The position numbers and the translations under genes are program-made. A stretch of DNA of 36,583 nt from a virus (taxonomy: Duplodnaviria > Heunggongvirae > Uroviricota > Caudoviricetes), in IMG/VR virus record IMGVR_UViG_2585427727_000016; one strand, 5' to 3'. Shown here in pieces: positions 27,828 to 36,583 of this stretch. Each line of letters begins with the position of its first letter. Within the stretch, counting starts at the first letter, position 1. The notes under the pieces are model-generated. The model was not told the origin of the DNA. It saw only the letters and a list, made by a program, of their open reading frames with translations, and ran no database searches.

Positions 27828-30583
27828 TTTCCACTGGTCAGGCCACCCTGCAGCAGGTCTGCTTTGCGGCTGGCGCGTTCAGTGGTTTCACTGATTCTCT
27901 GTGCGTGCTCTGCGTCGCGGATGGCGCGCAGCATGTCAGAAAGCACGGTAACGGGTGTTTTCATGGTGTTCTGATCCTGCTGAAGTGCGGATGCCAGGCG
28001 TGCGGCGGCTTCGGGGTCTGATGCCCCCAGCTGTGCCAGATAGCTGGCGACCGGGTTATGGCGGATCTCCGTGCTGCTTACGCCGTGATTACGGCTCAGG
28101 TGCTGCCAGAGCTGCGTGATTCGGCTGTCCGTGCGGGTATCCGGTTTGCGTACAATTTCATATCCCTGCGGTGCAATGATGCTGCCGTCAACGTACAGGC
28201 TGCCGCCCCGTAGCAGGTGCTGCGTCTGCTGTTCACCGATATGCAGGCCGAGAGATTCGGCAGACTCCCGCCATTCTTTAGCGAGTAATTCGTGGTTATC
28301 AGGCAAAGGCCGCTGCTGTTTGCGGCTCTGTGTCCAGCTCTGCATTTCATCACTGCTGTTTTTTGCCTGTTTGTCACGAAGCGAACGCATCAGCGCCCGG
28401 CGTTCGTGCCGTTTCAGTGAGCGCATCCATTCGTTCACTTCAACGCCGTCAGGAAGCTGCGGCCACGGTGCTGGCCGTTCTTTCGACTGTTCTGTCCCGC
28501 TGTTGCCTGTTTCCTGTACACGGGGACAGTTATTGCCACGAGTCCAAGGGGCGGCAGGGCCGCCCTGAAGGTCAAAACCATTTTCGCGGGCGCTGTCTTC
28601 CGCTTCCGGTTTACGTCTTACCAGCTTCCAGTTATCCGGATGTGTGCACACACGGGAAGACTCCCCGATGAGTGGTGACCAGATCCCGTAAATCTGTACG
28701 CTCTGTTCGCCGTAATCGTTCAGCTCATCTGCGAGGTCGTAGGCGGTGCGAATCAGGTAGTCTTTGCGTGGAACAAGTACGCCGCCCTGTTTTTCAATGT
28801 AGGAGGCAAAACACCCGGCATCAGCGGCAGCGAGCACTGCATCCATTGCGTCATCCTTCAGCTGTTGCGGGCCTTCCGGGTTGCGTGCCATCTGGCTGGC
28901 AAGGCGGCGCAGTTCACGCCACACCTGACGGGAGGGGATGCCAAAGAACTGGAACTGGCGGACCCGGTGAAGGCGCGCCCAGCCGATGGCGCGCTCCACG
29001 CTCTCGGCCATTGATTTTCCGGTTTCGTGGTCAACGCGTGGCTTGCCCGTTTTCGGGTCGATACCATCCACGGCGCGGCTGTCCAGGTTCTTTCCGATGT
29101 AGGTGGCGATGTAGCTGGTCGGTGTGCCTTTTGAGCCGTCGACGTACTCTGCCTTAAAGCGTGGGGTAATATCATCACCCAGCTCGTGACGATCTTCCTG
29201 AATGGCAATATCGCGGGTGTGGGACACAATGGTGTCGATTTCTTCCGGATGAGCAAAGACCATCATATGCCAGTGCACGGTGCCGTCATGGTGAGGCTCC
29301 ACCGTGCGGATGCCATACCAGCGCAGGCCGTCGCGGTTCAGTTTCTTGCGGACCGCCGCAAAAAACGAGTTAACCAGGTAATCGCTGGAGTCGCGCATAG
29401 TGGCCCCGTTCCATTTGGGATTCGGATGACCGTTCTCCGTTGTTGCGTGGTATTTTGACGGGCAGGTGACAGTCAGAAACACCGCTCTGTCGCCACGGGC
29501 TTCGGCCAGAAGTTCCAGCCCCTTCATGGTGGCCATCATTTCTGCCTTACGGTGAACCGGGTTACTTACTCCCGCGTAATACACTGTCTCAAGATCAATC
29601 GTGAACCCGTCTTCGTTTTCCAGCATGAAACTTTTCAGGAAATCGCGTGTTTTCTCGCGCTGTGCGCGAAACTCGCTTAACGCATCCTGGCTCAGATAGG
29701 GCGATGTTTTTCTGGAAACCAGACAGGCGGCGCGGAGTTGTTCTTCTCTCCACTCGCAACGTAACAGCCACAGTTTGCGTTTCCACCATTCCGTACAGGT
29801 CAGGCGAAGGATTGCGCCCGGCAGCAGCTCCGTGTCTGGTTCGTTCCTCCGGCCTTTGTCTGTTGTCAGTGCGTCATAATGCGGAGGCATGGCGTGCAGG
29901 TGTAACGCCATGCGGGCCAGCATCTGATACGCCTTCAGCGTTACATCCATGGTCAGCTCGCCATCAGTCGCACCAAAGCCATCGCAGAGTTTTTCGAAGG
30001 TGCTGCTGAACATCGCCGCCGTCATGGTGGCCAGCGTCTGTATCTGGTGTTTGTTGAGCTGCGGCAGGTAAAGCAAATCGTCCAGGCGTTCGCGTCCGGC
30101 AAGGGAGCGATAACCCGGTGTCAGCCAGTGTCCGTCAGTGCGATCCAGACGTTCGAATATTTTGCGCAGGGTTCCGCGTGCATAGCGTTCCGCCTGCCAG
30201 CTCTTTTTGCCTTTCCGGCGATCAGCTTCCTGTTTTTTGCGCAGGAAGGAGAGGTGGCGAATAAGCGGATCGCGCAGATAGGACGGCAGCAGGCGCAGCG
30301 AGGCCATGGCTTCATCCACCGCGCCGCGTGCCTGTTTTCTGGCGTCTCCTGCCAGTGTGATGGTTTTGTCCTGTTTTTCCTGTGCGTCCAGGCTTTTATT
30401 AATCAGGTTGCCCAGCGGCGTGGCGGAGAACGCCGCATCAGCCATTTCCTGGCGGCGCTCGTTCTCTACCCGGTAGGCACCCAGCCAGGAGGAAAGCGCG
30501 GATTCAGGAGCGGGGATCCCCGTTCCTTCACGCCCCACTGCGTGGCGCGGTTGTTGCCAGTCCCTGATGTACTCTGCCGTCAT
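27761..30583 (-). CDS. A: replication initiation protein A (rolling-circle HUH endonuclease)
   Basis: 940 aa; HUH-like motif (VHWHMMVF) and catalytic Tyr motif (YIATYIGK) typical of P2-family gpA. Confidence 0.9.
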   Translation of the reverse strand: MTAEYIRDWQQPRHAVGREGTGIPAPESALSSWLGAYRVENERRQEMADAAFSATPLGNLINKSLDAQEKQDKTITLAGDARKQARGAVDEAMASLRLLPSYLRDPLIRHLSFLRKKQEADRRKGKKSWQAERYARGTLRKIFERLDRTDGHWLTPGYRSLAGRERLDDLLYLPQLNKHQIQTLATMTAAMFSSTFEKLCDGFGATDGELTMDVTLKAYQMLARMALHLHAMPPHYDALTTDKGRRNEPDTELLPGAILRLTCTEWWKRKLWLLRCEWREEQLRAACLVSRKTSPYLSQDALSEFRAQREKTRDFLKSFMLENEDGFTIDLETVYYAGVSNPVHRKAEMMATMKGLELLAEARGDRAVFLTVTCPSKYHATTENGHPNPKWNGATMRDSSDYLVNSFFAAVRKKLNRDGLRWYGIRTVEPHHDGTVHWHMMVFAHPEEIDTIVSHTRDIAIQEDRHELGDDITPRFKAEYVDGSKGTPTSYIATYIGKNLDSRAVDGIDPKTGKPRVDHETGKSMAESVERAIGWARLHRVRQFQFFGIPSRQVWRELRRLASQMARNPEGPQQLKDDAMDAVLAAADAGCFASYIEKQGGVLVPRKDYLIRTAYDLADELNDYGEQSVQIYGIWSPLIGESSRVCTHPDNWKLVRRKPEAEDSARENGFDLQGGPAAPWTRGNNCPRVQETGNSGTEQSKERPAPWPQLPDGVEVNEWMRSLKRHERRALMRSLRDKQAKNSSDEMQSWTQSRKQQRPLPDNHELLAKEWRESAESLGLHIGEQQTQHLLRGGSLYVDGSIIAPQGYEIVRKPDTRTDSRITQLWQHLSRNHGVSSTEIRHNPVASYLAQLGASDPEAAARLASALQQDQNTMKTPVTVLSDMLRAIRDAEHAQRISETTERASRKADLLQGGLTSGNKKQTETGLTNPVNEQKTRSDI

Positions 30584-30589
30584 AGTGAT

Positions 30590-30955
30590 TTACTTCGTCA
30601 TGCCATTCAGGGTGTCGCGGCAGACTGTAGCCAGCCGCTGAATTTCCAGCACGGTGTCTTCTGTGTCGGCATGGCGATGTGTGATGCGGATGCTGTCGGC
30701 AATCACATCGACGATTGCGGAGGATGGGCGCTGGTAAATGCCAATAACGTACGGGGTGCCACCTTCAATGCGGTAAAGCCTGTAATTTCCCTCGTGGCTG
30801 TCAATCATGTAGCGACCATCAATAACAATCTTTCCGTCAGCGAGCTGCGGTACAGGCAGGGATTTCAGGTACATGTCATAACGTTCACGCACGCGAACGG
30901 CAAGATCACGCTCTGTGTTGAGCAGGTATTCAAGAAAGTCGTTGGCGAGAATCAT
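30590..30955 (-). CDS. hypothetical early protein
   Basis: 121-aa ORF immediately upstream of A on the same strand. Confidence 0.55.
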   Translation of the reverse strand: MILANDFLEYLLNTERDLAVRVRERYDMYLKSLPVPQLADGKIVIDGRYMIDSHEGNYRLYRIEGGTPYVIGIYQRPSSAIVDVIADSIRITHRHADTEDTVLEIQRLATVCRDTLNGMTK

Positions 30956-31027
30956 TGCGGCAATCCTCTGGTTACAGATGTGCGAAGGCCTCCCGCCGCA
31001 AGGTGCAGGAAGGGCCCGGAACAGGAA

Positions 31028-31258
31028 TTAATGGAGTTTGTTTTGCTGCTGGATGAGATCCTGAAGAGACAGGAGGTCTTCCGCCAGATAGCTGAATACA
31101 GCGGCGCAGTAGTCGGCTGAAATAGTGCTGTTGAGTCTGTGCAATGTGTTGGATTGCATGATAAAGGCGATGTGTGCAGCGCGGGTGAGTCTGCGATCGA
31201 TTTCAGTCTGGATGTGACGACGTTCCGCGATAGCGCGGTGTTGTTTGCGGTTTGCCAT
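31028..31258 (-). CDS. hypothetical early protein
   Basis: 76-aa ORF in the early operon; no motif recognised. Confidence 0.45.
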   Translation of the reverse strand: MANRKQHRAIAERRHIQTEIDRRLTRAAHIAFIMQSNTLHRLNSTISADYCAAVFSYLAEDLLSLQDLIQQQNKLH

Positions 31259-31261
31259 GAT

Positions 31262-31578
31262 GTGGCCCCTTGTGTAGTAAGTTGCGAAAACTCACCATCC
31301 AGAGCTGCGAAACTGTGGGTGGCGAGACGTACGAGGTTCGCAGTACCGGCTACACAAGAACCCGGCCCGACCGAAGTCGGCCCCGTACGCCCCGCCATAA
31401 TTCTGACGCGAAAAAAACGTGGCAATACAGTACGCACAAAAAAACCGCTGGCGCGGTTGTGCGCTTGTGTAGTCAGCAGGCTGCGAAACCCGGCACCCGT
31501 TTTATGAGGTGCAGCGGAAATGTAACCTGACTGATTGCGGCATGGCAAGCGGTTTTTTTGTGTGTGCATAGTGGTTAC
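31262..31578. repeat. non-coding region with iteron-like direct and inverted repeats (CTTGTGTAG / CTGCGAAAC units)
   Basis: CTTGTGTAGTAAGTTGCGAAAAC, GCTGCGAAACTG, GTTCGCAGTACCGGCTACACAAG (inverted), GCTTGTGTAGTCAGCAGGCTGCGAAACC; ends with a hairpin plus T7 on the plus strand. Confidence 0.5.
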
Positions 31579-32130
31579 TCAGTCCGGTAGCAGTTCGCAA
31601 AGCACGGTGTCAGCGGCGGTATATCGTGCGTAAAGCCGGGCGGGAACCCATCTTTTAAGGGATATCCCGGCTGTGTCCCGGATGTGCTTCCTGATTTCGC
31701 TGAATGTCATCCCCTTCTCATCACGCAGTTCAGTTACCAACTCCACCAGGTGATCGCTGTATCTGGTTCTGTGGTGGAGTTCCCCGTATTTCCTGAACCG
31801 ATACCCTCTTTTTCTCAGGTTCAGTTCCACCGTGGATGGCGAGCGCCCCAGCTCATTCGCTAGTTCCCGGATAGTTTTTGTGTGGCGATTCCTGATGAGC
31901 ATGCTGAGTTCTTTTGTGCTCAGGTGGGGGCGTTTGGCGTGAATAACCCCCTGAGAGAGCAAAAGACGGATGCGACTTCGTATTGCTGACTCGGTTCTCT
32001 GAAGGTGCTTTGTCAGCTCCGGCGCTGTGTGGGAGTGGTATAACGTGGCTAAAAGTTCATCCTCCTGCTGTGTCCATGGTTTTACATGTGCCGGAGCCAC
32101 ACCAGGTGTACCCATTGGTTTGAGTTTCAT
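31579..32130 (-). CDS. DNA-binding protein with three helix-turn-helix-like repeats
   Basis: 183 aa; three similar segments (TAPELTKHLQRTESAIRSRI / TIRELANELGRSPSTVELNL / TFSEIRKHIRDTAGISLKRW). Confidence 0.55.
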   Translation of the reverse strand: MKLKPMGTPGVAPAHVKPWTQQEDELLATLYHSHTAPELTKHLQRTESAIRSRIRLLLSQGVIHAKRPHLSTKELSMLIRNRHTKTIRELANELGRSPSTVELNLRKRGYRFRKYGELHHRTRYSDHLVELVTELRDEKGMTFSEIRKHIRDTAGISLKRWVPARLYARYTAADTVLCELLPD

Positions 32131-32144
32131 TGTGATTTACTCCC

Positions 32145-32444
32145 TTACTGGTTAAGGAAAAAATCGAAAACGTTGTCGATGCGTTGCAGCAGCTCCTGCT
32201 GCATTGCTTCCGGCGTTTCTGATTCACCTGGTGACTCCAGCGTCGCGCAGAAATCCTTGATTTCATGATGGAGCGTCAGACGAATGGCAGGAGCCATGGT
32301 TCTGGCGTGCTCCAGCTCATCCAGCAGTGCCAGCACGGCAGATGGCGAGAGCATTGCGCGAAACGCCAGTAATTTTTGATGCGTTGCCATTCGTTGCAGG
32401 TCAGTCGCCAGTTCGCGTAGTTCCTGGTGGTTGATGGTGCTCAT
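32145..32444 (-). CDS. hypothetical early protein
   Basis: 99-aa acidic ORF; start overlaps the upstream gene stop. Confidence 0.5.
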   Translation of the reverse strand: MSTINHQELRELATDLQRMATHQKLLAFRAMLSPSAVLALLDELEHARTMAPAIRLTLHHEIKDFCATLESPGESETPEAMQQELLQRIDNVFDFFLNQ

Positions 32445-32686
32445 GCTCTGGCTTCCTTCAGTAGCTGGTTAAACATGTTGGTAAGTGGATTGCCGCACCC
32501 GAACGGCATCGGGTTTATCTGGTAAGAAAAGCGACCACCTGTTTTGCGCTCTTTTCTTATGACTGAACCGCTGCGCCAGAGTCGGCGTAATTCCGCATTA
32601 ATGGCTGTGGTTGGGGTATTCAGTGCTGCGGCGATTTCTCCACCGCTACAACCCGGATTGGCGGCGATGTAGTCCAGAATGGTCAT
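32441..32686 (-). CDS. small winged-helix-like DNA-binding protein
   Basis: 81-aa ORF; ILDYIAANPGCSGGEIAAALNTPTTAINAELRRLWRSG resembles a wHTH. Confidence 0.5.
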   Translation of the reverse strand: MTILDYIAANPGCSGGEIAAALNTPTTAINAELRRLWRSGSVIRKERKTGGRFSYQINPMPFGCGNPLTNMFNQLLKEARA

Positions 32687-32904
32687 CTGCGTGACTCCTG
32701 TACCAGTCTGATAAGATTCACCTGCACCACGTTGGTGGCGCAGAAGTAAGTGTCGTCAGTGAGATAAATGTGATGCGCGTCAGGTTGCGAACGGTGACGG
32801 TCGATCGTTTTAATCAGCCGTTCGTCAACTTCGTATTCACGCCCTCTGGAGGTGAAACGAATGACGGAAAAACGCTTAATTGCCACTGCGCCCCCTTTGT
32901 CCAA
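32683..32904 (-). CDS. hypothetical early protein
   Basis: 73-aa ORF with overlapping start/stop in the operon. Confidence 0.45.
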   Translation of the reverse strand: MDKGGAVAIKRFSVIRFTSRGREYEVDERLIKTIDRHRSQPDAHHIYLTDDTYFCATNVVQVNLIRLVQESRR

Positions 32905-32909
32905 TAACC

Positions 32910-33320
32910 CTATGCGTTAAATACGGTGCGCTGTGCGTCATCAATGAATGCGACTTGAGAGCGCTCTATCAGGCGGAGATTTGTCAGAATTTCTGATTCC
33001 CTTATGGGGTGAGGAGTGATCAGGTATTTATCCTGTAATCCGGCGATAATGGTGTATCGCTGTAGCTCCGAGCCAATTGTGTAAATAAGGCGTCCGGTGT
33101 TAGACAAATCCAGTCCGGTGACTGGTTGTGTTCTGAGAACCGCCAGTTCAGCATCCTGTTTTGCGATAATTTCGGCTGCTTCTGCCGTGACTCTTGCGAC
33201 TATCAGTGTGTGGGTTGCGACGTCCATATGTGCATTTGCCACGGCTTTTTTCGCTACTTCGTTTTCTGTCTTTGAAATTTCTTTCAGTGCTCTGATGATA
33301 CCTTCTTCTTTTGCGTGCAT
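32910..33320 (-). CDS. hypothetical early protein
   Basis: 136-aa ORF preceded by a 200-bp AT-rich promoter-like gap. Confidence 0.5.
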   Translation of the reverse strand: MHAKEEGIIRALKEISKTENEVAKKAVANAHMDVATHTLIVARVTAEAAEIIAKQDAELAVLRTQPVTGLDLSNTGRLIYTIGSELQRYTIIAGLQDKYLITPHPIRESEILTNLRLIERSQVAFIDDAQRTVFNA

Positions 33321-33523
33321 TTTTGTATCTCCGTTATTTGCGTGTGCGAATACCTCCGTTAATACGGAAGGTTTTCACGTTTTCTTATTTAATTTGATGC
33401 TTTATTTGTATCGTTATTCACCAGTGAAAAAGCGTTCAATCTTTTTTACTGAATGAATAATTCGCATAATCCCAATGGCGCAGGCCACCGAAATAATCAG
33501 AACAAGCCATGAGATAAATATAC

Positions 33524-33766
33524 TCATGCAATATTCCCCAGCTTATACGGTTCAATATGTTCCCCGCATTCTGCGGCACAGATCAGCTCGGAAAGTTCGT
33601 TAAGTGCATCCAGATCATCAGCGTAAAAAGCCACGTCATACAGACTCCGGATTGCCCTGGTCAATGAGTCACGGGCTGCACGTTCAGCATGAGCGCCTGA
33701 TGCACTTAAGCGAAAATAAAAACGCTCAAGTGCTTTGTTAATGAGAGTTTTATATTCTTTGCCCAT
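33524..33766 (-). CDS. hypothetical early protein
   Basis: 80-aa ORF. Confidence 0.45.
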   Translation of the reverse strand: MGKEYKTLINKALERFYFRLSASGAHAERAARDSLTRAIRSLYDVAFYADDLDALNELSELICAAECGEHIEPYKLGNIA

Positions 33767-33777
33767 CGCAACGCCCT

Positions 33778-34065
33778 TTAATCTGCTTTCTGAATTTCAG
33801 TTTCTGAATCCATACAAATAATTTCGATATAGGGTTCATCGCCATTAGCCAGGCGTGCCTTTTCAGCTTCACTAATGATTTCTCGTACGGTCTGGTACGG
33901 AAGTTCCACAAGCAGTCGCGTGCCGTTCAGATAAACGTAAGTGGCTTCGTCGGCTCCGTTTTTACCCGCCGGAGCCACTCCATCAATAGCGGATGCGCGT
34001 AATAACAGTTCACCGCGAAAATCAATAAAACGGATAAATACACCTTGTGCATGCTCTTTGGTCAT
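33778..34065 (-). CDS. hypothetical early protein
   Basis: about 95 aa from the internal Met (ORF track extends to 34125). Confidence 0.45.
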   Translation of the reverse strand: MTKEHAQGVFIRFIDFRGELLLRASAIDGVAPAGKNGADEATYVYLNGTRLLVELPYQTVREIISEAEKARLANGDEPYIEIICMDSETEIQKAD

Positions 34066-34075
34066 AAAGCACCTG

Positions 34076-34534
34076 TTATAAATCAGCCTGTTTAATAAAA
34101 CTTTGCCCGCGAAGCAGACGATCAACCGTGCGAAGTGCTTCGTATAATGTGAAATCCTGTCCGAAGTGATTGTCGCCGTTGCTCAGAGCAAAAATGCGGT
34201 TTCCGGTAAACGGATTGCGTGGGCATCTGTGAACCACGATTCCTGCTTTCTCAATCAGCCAGGTGTGCTCGCCGATTTGTTTTACAGCGTGTCCGTCTGG
34301 TGTTGCATGCGTTTCGCTCAGGCTGTAGCGAGAGCTGCTGCGTGATGCACTGGTAGCGAAACGGTTAGCATGGCGTTCCGCACCGTTGCGGAAGCGCTGC
34401 TGTGAAGAATTGCACTGTTGCTTCATGTCAAAAACTCCGTACCTATTTACTTCCCCGGCATAACGCCCATTTTCAAAGTAATTGCGACGAAGTCCCGTGT
34501 TATGGGGCTTGCCATTTCGCTGTTGCTTATTCAT
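34076..34534 (-). CDS. hypothetical early protein (basic N-terminus)
   Basis: about 152 aa from the Met with GAGG RBS; avoids overlap with the upstream membrane gene. Confidence 0.45.
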   Translation of the reverse strand: MNKQQRNGKPHNTGLRRNYFENGRYAGEVNRYGVFDMKQQCNSSQQRFRNGAERHANRFATSASRSSSRYSLSETHATPDGHAVKQIGEHTWLIEKAGIVVHRCPRNPFTGNRIFALSNGDNHFGQDFTLYEALRTVDRLLRGQSFIKQADL

Positions 34535-34545
34535 TTTTCGTGCCT

Positions 34546-34752
34546 CTACCCGATGAGCCAAATAACAAACGCCATGAGCACCGCACCAATGGTGATCGGA
34601 AAAAGACCTCTGGCATAAGCGGCGAGGTAATGAACGTTGAGAACAATAAAGCGTTCTTTTTGTCCTGTTAGCTTGCTAAGCAGATAAATCGCTATTACAC
34701 CCACTTCTAGGAATACAAGGTCCAAAATGGCGCTGGTGATATTGCTGGTCAT
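34546..34752 (-). CDS. small membrane protein (two TM helices)
   Basis: 68 aa, two hydrophobic segments; first gene after cox. Confidence 0.5.
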   Translation of the reverse strand: MTSNITSAILDLVFLEVGVIAIYLLSKLTGQKERFIVLNVHYLAAYARGLFPITIGAVLMAFVIWLIG

Positions 34753-34758
34753 TTATGA

Positions 34759-35046
34759 TTAAAGCCCCAGCCACAACAACCATGCATCGCGGCGTTCTTT
34801 CGGCTGATCAAAAAACGCTTTGCGCATACCTGCGTTAAATGCTGGCAGATATACCCAGTTTTCTGATGCTCGCGTCTTCACTGAACCTGGTTTTACAAAG
34901 TCAATCGTTGGTAACTTTGCAGCGTCAATCATGGTTCTGACGGTTGATTCTTTGCGACCAATCATCTTGGCAAATAGTTGATATGGCACCGCTTCAAGTG
35001 GATATGGTGCTACCTGAATGAACCCCTCAAGCTCTGATTCGCTCAT
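34759..35046 (-). CDS. cox: Cox (excisionase / early regulator)
   Basis: 95 aa; VPYQLFAKMIG...WVYLPAFNAG...WLLWLGL resembles P2 Cox; divergent from C. Confidence 0.8.
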   Translation of the reverse strand: MSESELEGFIQVAPYPLEAVPYQLFAKMIGRKESTVRTMIDAAKLPTIDFVKPGSVKTRASENWVYLPAFNAGMRKAFFDQPKERRDAWLLWLGL

Positions 35047-35143
35047 TGTGGTAATCTCCTTAATTCGTCCAAATGGCCCAAAATGGCTTATATAGGCTTA
35101 TTTTGGCTATTTGAATGTTTTGTATCACATGTAACCCAATAGC
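35047..35143. promoter_or_regulatory. immunity switch region between cox and C (Pe/Pc promoters and operator repeats)
   Basis: 97-bp divergent intergenic region with direct repeats CCAAATGGC / CCAAAATGGC / TTATTTTGGCT. Confidence 0.55.
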
Positions 35144-35161
35144 ATGGAGTTTAGATCACAT

Positions 35162-35482
35162 ATGATCCATAAATCAAGCCTTGGAGAAAAACTTCGCCTG
35201 ATTCGAGAGGCAGAGGGATTGTCACGTAGAGAGATGGAGGAGGTGACAGGGGTATCTCAATACAATCTCAAAAATTATGAAATATTGGGAAGAATGATAC
35301 CTGGAGAAACGTTACTCCTGATTTTGAATCATCCTCGTTTTCGGAAGTATTCGGATTGGGTGATGTTTAATCAAACTAATGCTGCGACGGGGCAGATTGC
35401 TCCGCCTCTCTCTCTTGATGGCTTCTTCGATTCGGAGGGCGATCAGGTTTCAACCGAAACAAACCAAAAATCACCCCGCTAA
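35162..35482 (+). CDS. C: immunity repressor C
   Basis: EKLRLIREAEGLSRREMEEVTGV...GQIAPPLS resembles P2 C; start at 35144 or 35162. Confidence 0.8.
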   Translation: MIHKSSLGEKLRLIREAEGLSRREMEEVTGVSQYNLKNYEILGRMIPGETLLLILNHPRFRKYSDWVMFNQTNAATGQIAPPLSLDGFFDSEGDQVSTETNQKSPR

Positions 35483-35578
35483 GGCCAGAAAACTGGTTAG
35501 ACCTGCTCTTTGTCTGGTCTGATTATTGCTGGAAAGAGGCTGGAGAAATTGTAGGGCGGTTCATTGGAGGGCTTCGCA

Positions 35579-36583
35579 ATGTCAATTAAGAAGCTCGAAG
35601 ATGGTCGTTATTTGCTGGACATCAGGCCGAACGGACGCAAGGGAAAGCGCGTGCGTAAGGTATTTGACAAAAAATCGGTAGCGGTGGCCACTGAACGCTA
35701 CATCATGGCGAACGCTGAAAAGCGGGAATATATACAGGGCTACCGTGATCGCCGAACGCTAAATGATTTGCTTGAGTTGTGGTGGATGTATCACGGTCAA
35801 CACAGGCGTAAGGCGGAAGAAGACCGAAAACAACTGTGCAACATAATCAATGAGCTTGGCGCTGATATGCAGGCTGTGGATCTTGATAAGCTGAAAATTA
35901 TCGCGTGGCGTTCTCAAAAGATAGCTGCTGGATTGAAACCGTCATCTGCTAACAGGTACATGAATCGGTTATCCGGAATGTTTACCGTGCTGAAAAAAAT
36001 AGGTCTTTGGGATGCAGAACATCCAGTAAGGGGAATTTCTATTCTTTATGTATCTCCACGAGAAATGGCGTTCCTGTCACAGAAGGAAGTGGCGCTATTG
36101 CTCGATACACTGGAGGGTGACTACTGGCGTGTTGCGCTTTTGTGTTTAAGCACAGGGGCGCGCTGGAGTGAAGCTTGTAAGCTTCGTGGTGAACAGATAG
36201 TTCATAACCGTGTAACGTTTCTTGAAACCAAAAATGGCCGGAAGAGAACGGTGCCAATTTCACAGGCGGTTTGTGAGGCGATCAGAACCAGAGAAACAGG
36301 CAACTTGTTTGAGGTGAAGTACCGGGAATTCTGCCTGGCGCTGAAAAGGGTTAAGCCCGATTTGCCAAAAGGCCAGGCTGCGCATGTGCTGCGGCATACG
36401 TTCGCCAGCCATTTTGTGATGAACGGAGGAAACATTATTGCGCTTCAGAAGATTCTTGGCCACGCAACCATTCAGCAAACAATGGCATATGCACATTTTG
36501 CACCGGATTACCTGCAGGATGCGGTGGCCCTTAATCCGCTGAAAGGTGGCGTGAGTGTCCACGCAGTGTCCACGGGGGATTAA
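35579..36583 (+). CDS. int: tyrosine integrase
   Basis: about 334 aa from ATG with GGAGGG RBS (ORF track starts at a TTG at 35564); C-terminal R...HxxR...Y catalytic pattern (AHVLRHTFASHF...MAYAHFAPDY); ends at window edge. Confidence 0.9.
   Translation: MSIKKLEDGRYLLDIRPNGRKGKRVRKVFDKKSVAVATERYIMANAEKREYIQGYRDRRTLNDLLELWWMYHGQHRRKAEEDRKQLCNIINELGADMQAVDLDKLKIIAWRSQKIAAGLKPSSANRYMNRLSGMFTVLKKIGLWDAEHPVRGISILYVSPREMAFLSQKEVALLLDTLEGDYWRVALLCLSTGARWSEACKLRGEQIVHNRVTFLETKNGRKRTVPISQAVCEAIRTRETGNLFEVKYREFCLALKRVKPDLPKGQAAHVLRHTFASHFVMNGGNIIALQKILGHATIQQTMAYAHFAPDYLQDAVALNPLKGGVSVHAVSTGD

Larger units (their letters stand above)
2600..36583. mobile_element. P2-like prophage, apparently complete, integrase end at window edge; left boundary approximate
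   Basis: contiguous set of P2-type structural, lysis, replication, immunity and integrase genes; ogr/D at the left end and C-int at the right end as expected for att-proximal genes. Confidence 0.9.

Noticed and set aside
30047-31120. 357-aa plus-strand ORF overlapping the 5' end of gene A and two early genes
   Set aside because: Antisense to three co-linear minus-strand genes with clear operon organisation; likely a GC-driven open frame

Overview
Almost the whole window (from about 2.6 kb to the end at 36583) is one P2-like temperate prophage. It sits next to the host flagellar regulator gene flk (1..996) and a small AT-rich two-gene cargo: a zinc-ribbon membrane protein plus a secreted repeat protein split by a homopolymer frameshift. 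Recognised by reading the translated ORFs: ogr, D, FI, FII, E/E' (with a visible -1 slippery site), T, U, tail fibre H and assembly protein G, baseplate I/J/W/V, tail completion R/S, a lysis cassette (holin, M15-peptidase endolysin, overlapped spanins), X, L, M, N, O, P, Q, rolling-circle replication initiator A, cox, C repressor and integrase. Three departures from canonical P2 stand out. The FI-FII-E-T-U block is inverted relative to its flanks. The Z/fun position carries an AT-rich hexapeptide-repeat acyltransferase. The Q-to-A hotspot (old/tin position in P2) carries two orphan genes, palindrome-rich regulatory DNA, a strong orphan terminator, and a complete ParM/ParR-like actin-type segregation module with tandem hairpin repeats upstream; this is the best candidate for an undescribed system. 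No rRNA, tRNA or CRISPR array was seen. All calls come from reading the sequence and from remembered protein families; no database search was run, so family assignments and start codons are provisional.
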